Of a stretch of 24,000 bases of DNA, positions 1 to 9,216 are shown piece after piece; the stretch's first letter is position 1; every line of letters begins with the position of its first letter. Below the pieces are notes generated by a model, which saw nothing but the letters and a program-made list of their open reading frames with translations, did no database searches and was not told where the DNA came from. The DNA is from Pantoea allii. GTDB lineage: Bacteria > Pseudomonadota > Gammaproteobacteria > Enterobacterales > Enterobacteriaceae. The position numbers and the translations under genes were made by a program. The stretch lies in assembly GCF_050856905.1 (NCBI RefSeq), contig NZ_CP193910.1; one strand, written 5' to 3'.

Positions 1-867
1 GGAATCGAGTGCGGCAAAACTGACGTTATCCAGACCCAGCATTTGTGCTGAGCGTTGCGCGCAGGCAATGGCTTCAGCACTGATCTCGATCCCGGTCAGC
101 TGTATCTCTGGTGAAGCGCAATGCAGGCCAAATCCTCCCACGCCGCAAAACAGATCCCACATGCTGGTAATCGGCAGCTGACGCACCCAGTCGCGCGCCG
201 TCGCGTACAGCGCACTGGCCACCTGGGGATTGGTCTGGAAAAAACTTTGGGGCCGTATCCACAGCGGAACACCGTTAAAAACGTCGGCCAGCGACTGCAT
301 TGGCGTCAGCGCGATCTCCTCATCCCCTTCCAGAATGGCCATATGCACCGGCTGGATGTTGACTGAAATCACTCTCAGCTGCGGCAACTGCTGCTGTAGC
401 CAGGGCAGTGCGTTTCGCAGTTGCTCCAGCTTGGTGTGCGATCGCAGAACAAAGCGCAGCATCATCCCGCCCTGGGTACTTTCGGTCAGCAGCAAATACT
501 TGAGTTCACCGCGCTGCCGTTCGATGTTGTAAGGGGTTAAGCCTGCGCGCGCGATAAAGGGTTTTAAGCTCGCCAGTACCGGGGAAAAGCTGTCGGGATA
601 GAGCGGACAGGCGCAAAGATCCGTCGCCTCACCGTTACGCTGTACGATACCGAAAATCGGACGCTCAACGCTGCCGCTCACCACCATCTTTGCCTTATTA
701 CGGAATCCTTGCTGGGCCGACGTGACCGGCGGCAGCCAGTGTTTAACCGGAAACGCGGCCAGCAGCTGAGTCAGCTGGGACTGTTTCTCATCAAGCTGCT
801 GGGAATAGGGTTTTTCGAGCCACTGGCAAGAGCGGCAACGGTTAGCGTCATAGAGCGCGCAGTGCAT
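1..867 (-). CDS. rlmC: 23S rRNA (uracil-C5)-methyltransferase RlmC/RumB; 5' end complete, 3' end runs off the window
   Basis: Absent from the ORF track because the frame is open to the window edge. Minus-strand translation from the ATG (complement of 865-867) reads [25 protein letters not shown]...[17 protein letters not shown]...[11 protein letters not shown]...[10 protein letters not shown]...[15 protein letters not shown]. It has a Cys-rich N-terminus and the SAM-binding motif [10 protein letters not shown], and it is collinear with E. coli RlmC as I recall it. Synteny with ybjO and potFGHI supports the call. Confidence 0.9.
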   Translation of the reverse strand, partial: MHCALYDANRCRSCQWLEKPYSQQLDEKQSQLTQLLAAFPVKHWLPPVTSAQQGFRNKAKMVVSGSVERPIFGIVQRNGEATDLCACPLYPDSFSPVLASLKPFIARAGLTPYNIERQRGELKYLLLTESTQGGMMLRFVLRSHTKLEQLRNALPWLQQQLPQLRVISVNIQPVHMAILEGDEEIALTPMQSLADVFNGVPLWIRPQSFFQTNPQVASALYATARDWVRQLPITSMWDLFCGVGGFGLHCASPEIQLTGIEISAEAIACAQRSAQMLGLDNVSFAALDS

Positions 868-915
868 GGTAAAGCCTGTGTTAACGGTCGGAAGGGTTGG
901 CGGAGCGCGATTGTA

Positions 916-1383
916 TCACCGCTTACGGAAAAATGCGCGGCTGCTGGCGGGGAGAAAAAGCAGCAACAGCACCACCAGATCGGGCAGTTTTTGCAGCAGC
1001 GTGCGATGGATAATCTGCAGGTTATTATCCCCTTGAATGCTGAAGATTTCCGGGTAGATCCAGCCGGTGGAAGCCATGAGCATATAAAACAGCACCACGA
1101 TTTGCGCTACGACAAATCCCCAGCGCCCCCGGTTGCTGCCGCGCATCAGGGTAAAAGCACAACGCAGTTCAAATAAGAAAATGACCTGACTGGCGATAAA
1201 GATCAGCGTGGAATCCCATGACTGCGCACTGCGGTGCACAAAGTTGGCTATTTCGGCGTAACCCAGCGCATTAGCCAGCATCAGCACGCTCAGACAGCGC
1301 GTGGCAATAATCGCCACGCCAGCCACCGTGACGGGCACCGGGGCTGAGGGTAAAACAGAGCCGTGCTTAAGGGTTTCCGACAT
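916..1383 (-). CDS. ybjO: Inner-membrane protein YbjO (DUF2593 family)
   Basis: 155-aa ORF with several hydrophobic segments. The blocks HRSAQSW, YPEIFSIQG, LQKLPD and LLFLPASSRAFF resemble E. coli YbjO as I recall it. It sits in the conserved position between potI and rlmC. Confidence 0.75.
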   Translation of the reverse strand: MSETLKHGSVLPSAPVPVTVAGVAIIATRCLSVLMLANALGYAEIANFVHRSAQSWDSTLIFIASQVIFLFELRCAFTLMRGSNRGRWGFVVAQIVVLFYMLMASTGWIYPEIFSIQGDNNLQIIHRTLLQKLPDLVVLLLLFLPASSRAFFRKR

Positions 1384-1405
1384 GCCTTTTACTCCACCAT
1401 GACGA

Positions 1406-1430
1406 TAAAGAGGCTGGATTAACCAGCCTC
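1406..1430 (-). terminator. Probable intrinsic terminator after potI
   Basis: Perfect 8-bp stem GAGGCTGG (1410-1417) / CCAGCCTC (1423-1430) with a 5-nt loop, 28 nt downstream of the potI stop. On the minus strand it is followed by TTTATCGTC, a short U-tract. Confidence 0.55.
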
Positions 1431-1457
1431 GTCACAGAATGGCAAAAGTCGGCGGTT

Positions 1458-2303
1458 TTAGCCACGTTTCGCTTTCTGAATATCGCTTATACGCTGCTTT
1501 TCTTCATGAGCCATCACGCGCCAGGCAATAAAGCCCACGATGCCCACGACGAACAGGATCAGGGAAGCCAGCGCGTTAATCTCCGGATTCACCCCACGTC
1601 GCACCGTGGCGAAAATAGCCATCGGCAAAGTGGTGGCACCCGGCCCGGTCACAAAGCTGGCAATCACCAGGTCATCCAGTGACAGCGTAAAGGCCAGCAG
1701 CCAGCCCGTCACAATCGCTGGCGCAATCATCGGCACCGTAATCACAAAGAAGACTTTCAACGGCGTCGCGCCCAGATCCATCGCCGCCTCTTCGATAGAT
1801 CGGTCCAGCTCCCGCAGGCGCGAGTTAATCACCACCGCCACATAAGCGGTACAGAACGTCACGTGTGCCAGCCAGATGGTGAGCGTACCGCGTTCCGTTG
1901 GCCAGCCCAGCGCATTCCCTAAGCCGACAAACAGCAGTAACAGCGACAGCCCGGTGATCACATCAGGCATCACCAGCGGTGCGGTCAGCATAAAGGCAAA
2001 GCCGTTATGACCACGAAAGCGCCCAAACCGCACGATAATCACCGCCGCCATCGTGCCCAGCACCACCGCCATCGAGGCTGAAAGCCCGGCAATGGTCAGG
2101 CTCAGCAGCACCGCATCGATCATGGCATTGTCCTGAAACAGCACCCGATACCAGTTGAATGAAAACCCTTCCCAGACCGTCACCAGCTGCGAACTGTTGA
2201 AGGAGTAAACCACCAGCAGCAGCATCGGCGCATAAAGAAACAAAAAGCAGCAGGCTAAAATCGCCGTACGCCAGGGAGAGCGGATCGTTGGCAGATTGTT
2301 CAT
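1458..2303 (-). CDS. potI: Putrescine ABC transporter permease PotI
   Basis: 281-aa polytopic membrane ORF with the ABC-permease EAA loop IEEAAMDLGATPLKVFFVITVP. It is collinear with E. coli PotI. A 4-nt overlap with potH (2300-2303) suggests translational coupling. Confidence 0.95.
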   Translation of the reverse strand: MNNLPTIRSPWRTAILACCFLFLYAPMLLLVVYSFNSSQLVTVWEGFSFNWYRVLFQDNAMIDAVLLSLTIAGLSASMAVVLGTMAAVIIVRFGRFRGHNGFAFMLTAPLVMPDVITGLSLLLLFVGLGNALGWPTERGTLTIWLAHVTFCTAYVAVVINSRLRELDRSIEEAAMDLGATPLKVFFVITVPMIAPAIVTGWLLAFTLSLDDLVIASFVTGPGATTLPMAIFATVRRGVNPEINALASLILFVVGIVGFIAWRVMAHEEKQRISDIQKAKRG

Positions 2304-3262
2304 CCCTTCTCTCCCATTTCACGGTTTTGATGTTTGTGGAACCAAATAATCGGCAGAATCAAAATCAGCAAAATGATCACCGCCAGCGCAGAGGCCACAG
2401 GCCAGTCACGATTGTTAAAGAACTCCTGCCAAAGAATACGGCCAATCATAATACTGTCCGGACCGCCCAGCAGTTCGGGGATCACGTACTCGCCCACCGC
2501 CGGGATGAACACCAGCATGGAACCGGCAATGATACCGCCCTTTGTCAGGGGCACGATCACGCTGAAGAAGGTTTTCAGCGGGCGCGCGCCCAGATCCAGT
2601 GAGGCTTCCACCAGCGAATAATCGATTCGCGTCAGCGCGGTATAAATAGGCAGCACCATAAAGGGCAGATAGCAGTAGACAATCCCGATATAGACCGCCG
2701 TATTGGTATACAGAATCACTAACGGATGGTCGATCACGCCCGTCCACAACAGAAAGCGGTTGAGAATACCATTGTTGTTCAGCAGTCCCATCCAGGCATA
2801 AACCCGCACCAGAAACGACGTCCACGACGGCAGGATCACCAGTAACAGCAGGACAGAACGCATTGAAGGCTTGCTGTGCGCCACGGCCCACGCCAGCGGA
2901 TAACCAATCAGCAGGCAGATCACGGTGGAGATAGCCGCCACTTTTAACGACTGTAAATAGGCGTCGATATACAGCGGATCGTCGCTCAGCGTGACATAGT
3001 TGCCCAGATTCAGCACCAGGCTGAGTTGATCGTCAGCCCAGTTGACCAGCTCGGTATAAGGCGGAATCGCCCGGGCAATATCCGCGAAGCTGATTTTCAA
3101 CACAATCAGGAACGGCAGCAGAAAAAAGAGAATCAGCCACAGGTAAGGTAATGCAATGACGAGCTTGCGCCCGTGCTGCATCTTTATGCGCGTTGCCCAG
3201 CGCTGCAACGGCGTACCGAGCAGCTTAGCCGGGGCTTTCGTGCGTTGAAAAATCTGGTTCAT
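2300..3262 (-). CDS. potH: Putrescine ABC transporter permease PotH
   Basis: 320-aa membrane ORF with the EAA loop VEASLDLGARPLKTFFSVIVP. Long identical runs to E. coli PotH include KLVIALPYLWLILFFLLPFLIV and VILPSWTSFL. Confidence 0.95.
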   Translation of the reverse strand: MNQIFQRTKAPAKLLGTPLQRWATRIKMQHGRKLVIALPYLWLILFFLLPFLIVLKISFADIARAIPPYTELVNWADDQLSLVLNLGNYVTLSDDPLYIDAYLQSLKVAAISTVICLLIGYPLAWAVAHSKPSMRSVLLLLVILPSWTSFLVRVYAWMGLLNNNGILNRFLLWTGVIDHPLVILYTNTAVYIGIVYCYLPFMVLPIYTALTRIDYSLVEASLDLGARPLKTFFSVIVPLTKGGIIAGSMLVFIPAVGEYVIPELLGGPDSIMIGRILWQEFFNNRDWPVASALAVIILLILILPIIWFHKHQNREMGEKG

Positions 3263-3271
3263 CGCGCCTCC

Positions 3272-4405
3272 TTAAACCGTCAATACCACGCAGCTGTCAC
3301 TGTCCCAACACAGACGCACTTGATCGCCCCAGGTCGGTAACCCTTTGCGGTAGCGATGTGCATTTTGTAGCTGGGCACTGAGCATCTGGCCACTGTGCAG
3401 GCGAACATGGTAAATGGAGAGATCGCCCAGATAGGCAATGTGGACCACCTCACCGTCAGCAAAGTTACAACCATCGGCAGGCACGTCTTCGCACAGCATC
3501 ACTTTTTCAGGGCGCAGGGCGACGTGAACCGGCACGTTATCCACCACCGATACATCTGAATCGACTTTAAGAGGATGCTTCAGGCCGGGGCTGTCAATCA
3601 CCAGACCGTCTTCCTGACGTTCGCGCAGCAGGCCTTCAAACACGTTTACCGAGCCGATAAACTCGGCGCTGTAGCGGCTGGTAGGATGCTCGTAAATCTC
3701 TTCCGGCTCACCGATCTGCACGAATTTTCCGCGGTTCATGATGGCAATACGTCCTGCCATCGTCATGGCTTCTTCCTGATCGTGCGTCACCATTACACAG
3801 GTCGCCCCAACGCGCTCCAGAATGTCCACCACTTCCAGCTGCATGCGGTCGCGTAGCTTTTTGTCCAGCGCCCCCATAGGTTCATCCAGCAGCAGCAGTT
3901 TCGGCCGCTTCGCCAGGCTGCGCGCCAGCGCCACGCGCTGACGTTGACCACCCGAAAGCTGGTGCGGTTTGCGTTTGGCAAATTCCTGCATGTGTACCAG
4001 CGACAGCATTTCTTCGACGCGTTGGGTGATTTCCCCTTTTGCCAGTTTGTCCTGCTTCAGGCCAAAAGCAATGTTCTGCTCTACCGTCATATGGGGAAAC
4101 AGCGCGTAGCTCTGGAACATCATATTAATAGGACGTTGATAGGGCGCGACATGCGACAGATCGTGACCATCCAATACAATCTGGCCGCTGGTGGGCTGTT
4201 CAAACCCTGCCAACATGCGTAACAGGGTTGATTTGCCACAGCCGGACGCGCCGAGCAGGGCAAAAATCTCGCCTTTATAAATGGTCAGGCTGACGTCGTC
4301 CACGGCATGCTGGCCGTCAAAGGATTTGGTCAGATTACGAATTTCCAGCAGCGGCGTTAACGCTTTTGCTGTTTTATTTTGCGGGCGAGGGATGGCATCG
4401 TTCAC
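3272..4405 (-). CDS. potG: Putrescine ABC transporter ATP-binding protein PotG
   Basis: Contains Walker A GASGCGKST, the signature LSGGQRQR and Walker B LLLLDEP. The N-terminus VNDAIPRPQNKTAKALTPLLEIRNL aligns with E. coli PotG MNDAIPRPQ. I therefore start at the GTG (complement of 4403-4405), with GGAGAA 8 nt upstream, rather than the ORF-track ATG at 4444. Confidence 0.93.
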   Translation of the reverse strand: MNDAIPRPQNKTAKALTPLLEIRNLTKSFDGQHAVDDVSLTIYKGEIFALLGASGCGKSTLLRMLAGFEQPTSGQIVLDGHDLSHVAPYQRPINMMFQSYALFPHMTVEQNIAFGLKQDKLAKGEITQRVEEMLSLVHMQEFAKRKPHQLSGGQRQRVALARSLAKRPKLLLLDEPMGALDKKLRDRMQLEVVDILERVGATCVMVTHDQEEAMTMAGRIAIMNRGKFVQIGEPEEIYEHPTSRYSAEFIGSVNVFEGLLRERQEDGLVIDSPGLKHPLKVDSDVSVVDNVPVHVALRPEKVMLCEDVPADGCNFADGEVVHIAYLGDLSIYHVRLHSGQMLSAQLQNAHRYRKGLPTWGDQVRLCWDSDSCVVLTV

Positions 4406-4467
4406 GAATGTAGTTCTCCGGAGCCAGGCGGAACAACGCGGCAAACAGTGCCGCTAAAAATGGCACA

Positions 4468-4492
4468 ACAGAGGCCTGTACTGCGCCTCTGT
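4468..4492 (-). promoter_or_regulatory. Intercistronic stem-loop between potF and potG
   Basis: 8-bp stem ACAGAGGC (4468-4475) / GCCTCTGT (4485-4492) with a 9-nt loop in the potF-potG gap. On the minus strand it is followed by TGTGCCATTTTT. Hairpins after binding-protein genes in ABC operons commonly act as partial terminators or mRNA stabilisers. Confidence 0.45.
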
Positions 4493-4519
4493 TGCTGTTG
4501 CATAACATATGCTGTCGAA

Positions 4520-5629
4520 TTACTTACCGCTTTTAACCTTAGTCCATGCACGTGTGCGCACGCGATCCAGTTTCGGGTCCTGAATCTTCAGCACAAACAG
4601 TTTGGCCATCGCATCCGGTGTGGGGTAAATACCCGGGTTGTTACGGATATCGGCATTAATTAACGGCAGTGAGGCTTTATTGCCGTTGGCGTAATTCATT
4701 TTATTCGACACGTCAGCAATGACTTTCGGATCCATGATGTAGTTCAGCCAGGCGTAAGCCGCATCAATATCTTTTGCGTCTTTAGGAATCGCCATCATAT
4801 CGAAGAACGCGAGTGCGCCCTCTTTCGGTACGCTGTAACCAATGTTGACGCCATTCTTCGCTTTCTCCGCGCGGTTTTTCGCCTGAAGAATATCGCCCGA
4901 CCAGCCAATGGCCACACAGATATTGCCGTTCGCCAGGTCGTTAATATATTGCGAAGAGTGGAAGTAACGAATATTGGGACGCAGCTTCAGCAAGAGATCC
5001 GTCGCGGCACCGGAATAATCTTTCGCATCGCTGCTGTTAGGATCTTTGCCCAGGTAGTTAAGTACGGTGGCAAAGATCTCTTCGGGCGCATCCAGGAAAG
5101 AAACGCCACAGCTTTTCAGTTTTTCCAGGTTTTCTGGCTTCATCACCAGATCCCAACTGTTTACCGGCGCATCAGCGCCCAGCGCGGCTTTAACTTTTTC
5201 GACGTTATAACCAATTCCGGTGGTGCCCCACAAATATGGAATGGCATATTTATTATCCGGGTCATGCTGGGCGACTTTCGCCATCAAGGCAGGGTCCAGA
5301 TTTTTATAGTTTGGCAGTTTGCTTTTATCCAGCGGCTGAAACACGCCAGACTGAAGTTGACGTCCCAGGAAACTCGATGAAGGCACCACGATGTCATAGC
5401 CGGTGCTACCAGCCATCAGTTTGCCTTCCAGGACTTCATTGGAATCAAACACGTCATAGACCACTTTAATACCGGTCTGCTTTTCAAAATTAGGCACGGT
5501 ATCTGGCGAAATATAATCCGACCAGTTATAAACGTGCAGCGTCTTATCTTCCGCCATGGTACTGGCTGAAGCAGCCATCAGCACCCCAGCCACCACACCT
5601 GACAACCATTTTTGACGTTGGTTGAACAT
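4520..5629 (-). CDS. potF: Periplasmic putrescine-binding protein PotF
   Basis: Near-collinear with E. coli PotF, for example KTLHVYNWSDYI, GIKVVYDVFDSNEVLEGKLMAGSTG and RVRTRAWTKVKSGK. It has the signal peptide MFNQRQKWLSGVVAGVLMAASASTMA. The start is moved to the ATG at the complement of 5627-5629, which has AGGAGG 9 nt upstream. The ORF-track start at 5668 adds 13 unsupported residues. Confidence 0.94.
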   Translation of the reverse strand: MFNQRQKWLSGVVAGVLMAASASTMAEDKTLHVYNWSDYISPDTVPNFEKQTGIKVVYDVFDSNEVLEGKLMAGSTGYDIVVPSSSFLGRQLQSGVFQPLDKSKLPNYKNLDPALMAKVAQHDPDNKYAIPYLWGTTGIGYNVEKVKAALGADAPVNSWDLVMKPENLEKLKSCGVSFLDAPEEIFATVLNYLGKDPNSSDAKDYSGAATDLLLKLRPNIRYFHSSQYINDLANGNICVAIGWSGDILQAKNRAEKAKNGVNIGYSVPKEGALAFFDMMAIPKDAKDIDAAYAWLNYIMDPKVIADVSNKMNYANGNKASLPLINADIRNNPGIYPTPDAMAKLFVLKIQDPKLDRVRTRAWTKVKSGK

Positions 5630-6080
5630 GCTTTTAATCCTCCTGAGCGGGTTATAACAACGCTGCACATCAGTGATTCGGTTTTGCGTTTAGTGATTAA
5701 AAATCAGTTACACAATGAATCATTATTCAGTGGACGTTTAATAGTAAAAACCTATACCTGCACGGCATTCTCACTGTTGTCGCCGCCCCGCAAGCATAGC
5801 CCCCCCGTTCAGGGTTAACCAGATCTCAGCGTAAAAAACGCCTGAACTCAATATTTTATGCATGTTTAAGCTATGAGGTTCGGCTTTTATGGCATAAACA
5901 ACGTCATTAATCTGGCAATTAAGGGCTTAATGCAGAATAAAACATTACGGTTATAAATTAACCTGTGTTGTTCACAATTGATAACATTAAGAATTACAGG
6001 CGCGGAACCGCAAAAATCGTCGTTGTGGCGTCAGCCAGGAGGGGAAATACGTGGCAGGTAACAAAGGGCGCGTCGGAAAT

Positions 6081-6104
6081 AAAAAAGCCGTCAATGATGA
6101 CGGC
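6081..6104 (-). terminator. Rho-independent terminator of the ybjC-nfsA-rimK-ybjN unit
   Basis: Stem GCCGTCA (6087-6093) / TGACGGC (6098-6104) with a 4-nt loop. On the minus strand it is followed by TTTTTT (complement of 6081-6086). It lies 18 nt after the ybjN stop. Confidence 0.8.
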
Positions 6105-6121
6105 TTAATCAACGCAGGGGT

Positions 6122-6601
6122 TTAATGCAGGACAGAATGCATGGCGCTGCTTGCAACATGCTCTTCATCTTCACCTATCATCAGCAAATTATTGGCAAAG
6201 GCTTCCATGATGACCATGGAAATCTCTTCTTCACTCTGCTTCATAAAATGCGAGAACTGACCGAAGGTTAACCCGGCCGTGGTCATCATTGACTGGCAAA
6301 CAATAAGCTTAGGCAGATTGTCATCCTGTATATCGATGAACGCCTTAACCGTCAACGAACTGGCGTTGATTTGCGATAAGTCACCCACCAGCGGAATTAA
6401 TGCGGTCGGTTTGACTTCCGCCAGTGCTGAAAACAGAATGACGTTATCGACCAGGTCGATTTTAGCGTCAAACACCCCGTCGAAGTTTTGCATATGCGGC
6501 AAATGAAGCGCCTGGCAAGCATCACATTCAAACCAAGTGATATTTTGCTGATCCAGCCAACGACGCAGCAGGTCGATATCCGGAACGACAAGAGAATCCA
6601 T
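6122..6601 (-). CDS. ybjN: YbjN family protein (putative sensory transduction regulator or chaperone-like)
   Basis: From MDSLVVPDIDLLRRWL onward it is collinear with E. coli YbjN, for example CQALHLPHMQNFDGVFDAKIDL, INASSLTVKAF and QDDNLPKL. The start is set at the ATG at the complement of 6599-6601. The ORF-track start at 6691 adds 30 residues and overlaps rimK. Confidence 0.88.
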   Translation of the reverse strand: MDSLVVPDIDLLRRWLDQQNITWFECDACQALHLPHMQNFDGVFDAKIDLVDNVILFSALAEVKPTALIPLVGDLSQINASSLTVKAFIDIQDDNLPKLIVCQSMMTTAGLTFGQFSHFMKQSEEEISMVIMEAFANNLLMIGEDEEHVASSAMHSVLH

Positions 6602-6687
6602 TGTAAAATCCCATGGGGTGATAAATAAGCGACCTAGCTTACGGAAAAACCGGGTGAGATTCCACGAAAACCACTGGAAAACGCGGG

Positions 6688-7590
6688 TCAACCCGCGGTT
6701 TTAGGACGGAGCCCGGGGGTAGCATGCCGTTCAATGTGGTCGATCATCATGCCTGCAATGTCCAGACCGCTTGTGGTTTCAATGCCTTCCAGGCCGGGAG
6801 ACGCATTTACCTCCATGACCAACGGGCCACGTTTTGAGCGCAGAATATCCACGCCTGCCACATCCAGTCCCAGTACAGCGGCAGCTTTTACCGCCATCTC
6901 ACGTTCCTGCTCGCTGATGTCAACCGTACAGGCGGTACCGCCTCGATGTAAATTCGAACGGAAATCCCCTTCTTTCGCCTGACGCTCAATGGCTGCCACG
7001 ACACGATCGCCGATCACCAGGCAACGCACATCGCGCCCACGCGCTTCCTGGATAAACTCCTGCACTAAAATATGTGCATTAAGCCCGCGAAAGGCATCAA
7101 TGACGCTTTCTGCCGCCTGGCGCGTCTCGGCCAGTACGACGCCAATGCCCTGGGTTCCCTCGACCAGTTTCACCACCAGCGGTGCACCGCCCACCATGGC
7201 GATCAGGTCCTGAGTATCATCCGGAGAAGAGGCAAAACCCGTTACCGGCATATCTATCCCGTCCCGGGCCAGCAGTTGCAGGGAACGGAGTTTGTCGCGC
7301 GCGCGGGTCACAGCGGCGGATTCGTTTAACGGATAACTGCCGCACATTTCGAACTGGCGTAACACCGCGGTGCCATAAAAGGTAATACCGGTGCCAATGC
7401 GCGGAATAACGGCATCGAAATGCCCCAACAGCTCGCCGCGGTAGTGAATACCGGGCGAGGCGGGGTTAATGTTCATATAACAAGAGAGAGGATCAATGAT
7501 CTGCACAAAATGACCGCGCTGTTCGGCGACGTCACGTAAACGGCGACAGGAATAAAGCGTTCCATCGCGCGACAGAATGGCCATTTTCAT
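6688..7590 (-). CDS. rimK: Ribosomal protein S6 L-glutamate ligase RimK (ATP-grasp)
   Basis: 300-aa ORF that is highly collinear with E. coli Rim[67 protein letters not shown] and [14 protein letters not shown]. Confidence 0.96.
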   Translation of the reverse strand: MKMAILSRDGTLYSCRRLRDVAEQRGHFVQIIDPLSCYMNINPASPGIHYRGELLGHFDAVIPRIGTGITFYGTAVLRQFEMCGSYPLNESAAVTRARDKLRSLQLLARDGIDMPVTGFASSPDDTQDLIAMVGGAPLVVKLVEGTQGIGVVLAETRQAAESVIDAFRGLNAHILVQEFIQEARGRDVRCLVIGDRVVAAIERQAKEGDFRSNLHRGGTACTVDISEQEREMAVKAAAVLGLDVAGVDILRSKRGPLVMEVNASPGLEGIETTSGLDIAGMMIDHIERHATPGLRPKTAG

Positions 7591-7612
7591 CCATCAAAAT
7601 CCTTGCGTTAAA

Positions 7613-8335
7613 TTAGCGTGTTGCCCAGCCCTGCTGATGCAGGTAATCCAGCATAAACGGGCGGGTTTCTTTGATGATCAGGCGCTGAATCAACTGGCTC
7701 CAGGTTTCGCTACGCTGATTGCTGTCGCGTTGTTCATAGTAGATCGCCGTACGGCTATCGTAATCAGCCAGCACTGCCGGGTCCACAGGTTGATAACGAT
7801 TTTCATGTACCAGCATCGACTGCGGAATACGTGGTTTCACATCCGGCACGGATTCAGGATAGCCCAGGCAGAAACCAAACAGCGGCAGCACAAACTTTGG
7901 CAGCCCCAGCAGCTCGGTTACCTGGGCGATGTTGTTACGAATACCACCAATAAATACGCCGCCCAGCCCCAGGGATTCTGCTGCTACCATGGCATTCTGC
8001 GCCATCAGTGCTGTATCCACACAGCCGAGCAGCAGCTGTTCTGCCCGGCCTAACTGGGCATCCGGGCAGATTTGCAGATGACGATTAAAGTCCGCGCAAA
8101 ATACCCAAAATTCCGCCGCATCGGCCACCCACGTCTGGCCGCCCGTCAGGGTAACCAGTTGATCGCGTAACGCCGAATCGGTCACGCGTACAATGGATGA
8201 GCACTGCAAAAAGCTGGATGTGGACGCCGATTGCGCCGCAGCAATAATCGCGTCACGCTGCTCAGTACTCACCTTCTGGTCAGTGAAAGAACGGATTGAA
8301 CGGTGGCTGCACAGTAAATCGATAGTCGGTGTCAT
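7613..8335 (-). CDS. nfsA: Oxygen-insensitive NADPH nitroreductase NfsA
   Basis: 240-aa ORF. MTPTIDLLCSHRSIRSFTD, SSFLQCSSI, EFWVFCADFNRHLQICPDAQLG and LDYLHQQGWATR match E. coli NfsA as I recall it. Confidence 0.95.
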   Translation of the reverse strand: MTPTIDLLCSHRSIRSFTDQKVSTEQRDAIIAAAQSASTSSFLQCSSIVRVTDSALRDQLVTLTGGQTWVADAAEFWVFCADFNRHLQICPDAQLGRAEQLLLGCVDTALMAQNAMVAAESLGLGGVFIGGIRNNIAQVTELLGLPKFVLPLFGFCLGYPESVPDVKPRIPQSMLVHENRYQPVDPAVLADYDSRTAIYYEQRDSNQRSETWSQLIQRLIIKETRPFMLDYLHQQGWATR

Positions 8336-8346
8336 AAAATCTCCAG

Positions 8347-8604
8347 CTAATTATCTTTTTTTTCAGATTGGTTGAACAACTGCGGCGCCAGTGCTTTGGC
8401 ACAGCGCCACATCAACAGCCAGGCGGCAGGTATCATCAGCATAATGCCGATGATAAACAGCGCGGTCGCTAAGTGCTTACTTCCGGCACCGTTGGGCAGG
8501 CCAGGTAACCAACGGTTAACCACGACCAGCGCGCCGACAATAAGCAAACCGCCCAGCGCTTCCATTGCCAGTATGGTCTTAGGCAACGTTGCGATGTTCC
8601 GCAT
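8347..8604 (-). CDS. ybjC: Small membrane protein YbjC (DUF1418)
   Basis: Two predicted TM segments. MRNIATLPKTILAMEALG resembles E. coli YbjC MRAIGKLPKGVL, and the gene is the first of the conserved ybjC-nfsA unit. The start is set at the ATG at the complement of 8602-8604, preceded by AGGAGA. The ORF-track start at 8652 lacks this support. Confidence 0.72.
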   Translation of the reverse strand: MRNIATLPKTILAMEALGGLLIVGALVVVNRWLPGLPNGAGSKHLATALFIIGIMLMIPAAWLLMWRCAKALAPQLFNQSEKKDN

Positions 8605-8796
8605 AGCTTTCTCCTGCCTCAAGGCTAATTGACTCTCAATTATGGATAACATCCCTTAAATTGCACATCAGTGGTTTCAGCTCGCGCCCTGACTCACTTT
8701 GTGGATTCATAGGATGCAGGCATCAGACTAACAGGTAAATCCTGCTTTCTTTAAGCGCGACGAGCGGGCATCATTATCGGCTTTCCTGACTTTGTC

Positions 8797-8814
8797 GTGT
8801 GATCATCATCACAC
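8797..8814. promoter_or_regulatory. Perfect CRP-type palindrome GTGTGAT-CATC-ATCACAC (core TGTGA-N6-TCACA)
   Basis: The core is TGTGA (8798-8802), tcatca, TCACA (8809-8813). The 7-bp arms are perfectly complementary. The centre lies about 33 nt upstream of the grxA ATG and just 5' of its AAGGAG Shine-Dalgarno sequence. Confidence 0.4.
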
Positions 8815-8838
8815 AACGTACCTCGCAAGGAGTTCTCA

Positions 8839-9102
8839 ATGATTGCTGTTATTTTTGGTCGTCCCGGCTGCCCTTACTGCGTTCGCGCCAAAGAACTGGC
8901 GGATAAACTGCAGGCCGATCGTGATGATTTCAACTACCAGTATGTTGATATTCAGGCGGAAGGCATCACCAAAGCCGATCTCGAAGCCAGTGCGGGCAAA
9001 CCGGTCAGCACCGTACCGCAGATTTTCCTGGACGATCAGCATATCGGTGGCTACACCGAGTTTGCGGCGTGGACAAAAGAGAATCTGGGATTTGTTGCCT
9101 GA
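8839..9102 (+). CDS. grxA: Glutaredoxin 1
   Basis: 87-aa ORF with the CPYC active site (GRPGCPYCVRAK), TVPQIF and IGGYTEFAAW. It is collinear with E. coli GrxA. An AAGGAG Shine-Dalgarno sequence lies upstream. Confidence 0.95.
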   Translation: MIAVIFGRPGCPYCVRAKELADKLQADRDDFNYQYVDIQAEGITKADLEASAGKPVSTVPQIFLDDQHIGGYTEFAAWTKENLGFVA

Positions 9103-9127
9103 GCAACAGAGGCGATAACCTGAATGT

Positions 9128-9153
9128 GCGCGCTGGCGTGATGCCAGCCGCGC
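9128..9153. terminator. GC-rich hairpin between convergent grxA and ybjM
   Basis: GCGCGCTGGC (9128-9137) pairs with GCCAGCCGCGC (9143-9153) with a one-base bulge and a 5-nt loop. Neither side has a clear U-tract, so terminator function is uncertain. Confidence 0.35.
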
Positions 9154-9216
9154 CTTAATGAAATGGCTGACCTGACTCAACAGGATAACGGGCAGTACAT
9201 AACCCCGTATAAGCAC

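Noticed and set aside
709-1176. Long ORFs antisense to or out of frame with core genes. Examples are 709-1176(+), 2415-2891(-), 2005-2322(-), 3575-3856(+), 4949-5380(+), 6734-7385(+ set), 7577-8053(+), 10019-10309(-), 12026-12433(+), 20120-20704(+), 21296-21751(-) and 22083-22424(+).
   Set aside because: Each lies entirely inside a well-supported conserved gene on the other strand or frame. Their Arg/Ala/Gly/Pro-rich, low-complexity translations are typical of spurious frames in GC-rich DNA, and none has a recognisable motif.
5669-6080. A search for a sigma54 (TGGCAC-N5-TTGCA) promoter or NtrC sites in the 450-bp AT-rich region upstream of potF.
   Set aside because: By eye I found no acceptable -24/-12 element on the minus strand. 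The region is reported only as unannotated intergenic DNA.
6051-6125. A 24-codon plus-strand sORF (GTG at 6051, MAGNKGRVGNKKAVNDDGLINAGV) with a perfect AGGAGG (6037-6042) 8 nt upstream.
   Set aside because: It runs straight through the ybjN terminator hairpin and overlaps the ybjN stop. I have no conservation evidence or recognisable peptide features, so the Shine-Dalgarno-like hexamer may be fortuitous. It is worth a look only if ribosome-profiling data exist.
8662-8682. A marbox/SoxS-like element (ATTGCACATCAGTGGTTTC) upstream of ybjC.
   Set aside because: It shares the GCAC core but mismatches the W and RYYAAA positions of the AYnGCACnnWnnRYYAAAY consensus. The match is insufficient.
8709-8745. 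A possible OxyR-type site upstream of grxA (ATAGgatgcaggCAT-N7-ACAGgtaaatcctgC).
   Set aside because: Only part of the ATAGnTnnnAnCTAT-N7-ATAGnTnnnAnCTAT tetrad consensus matches. OxyR sites are degenerate, so I cannot support the call without a matrix score or cross-species conservation.
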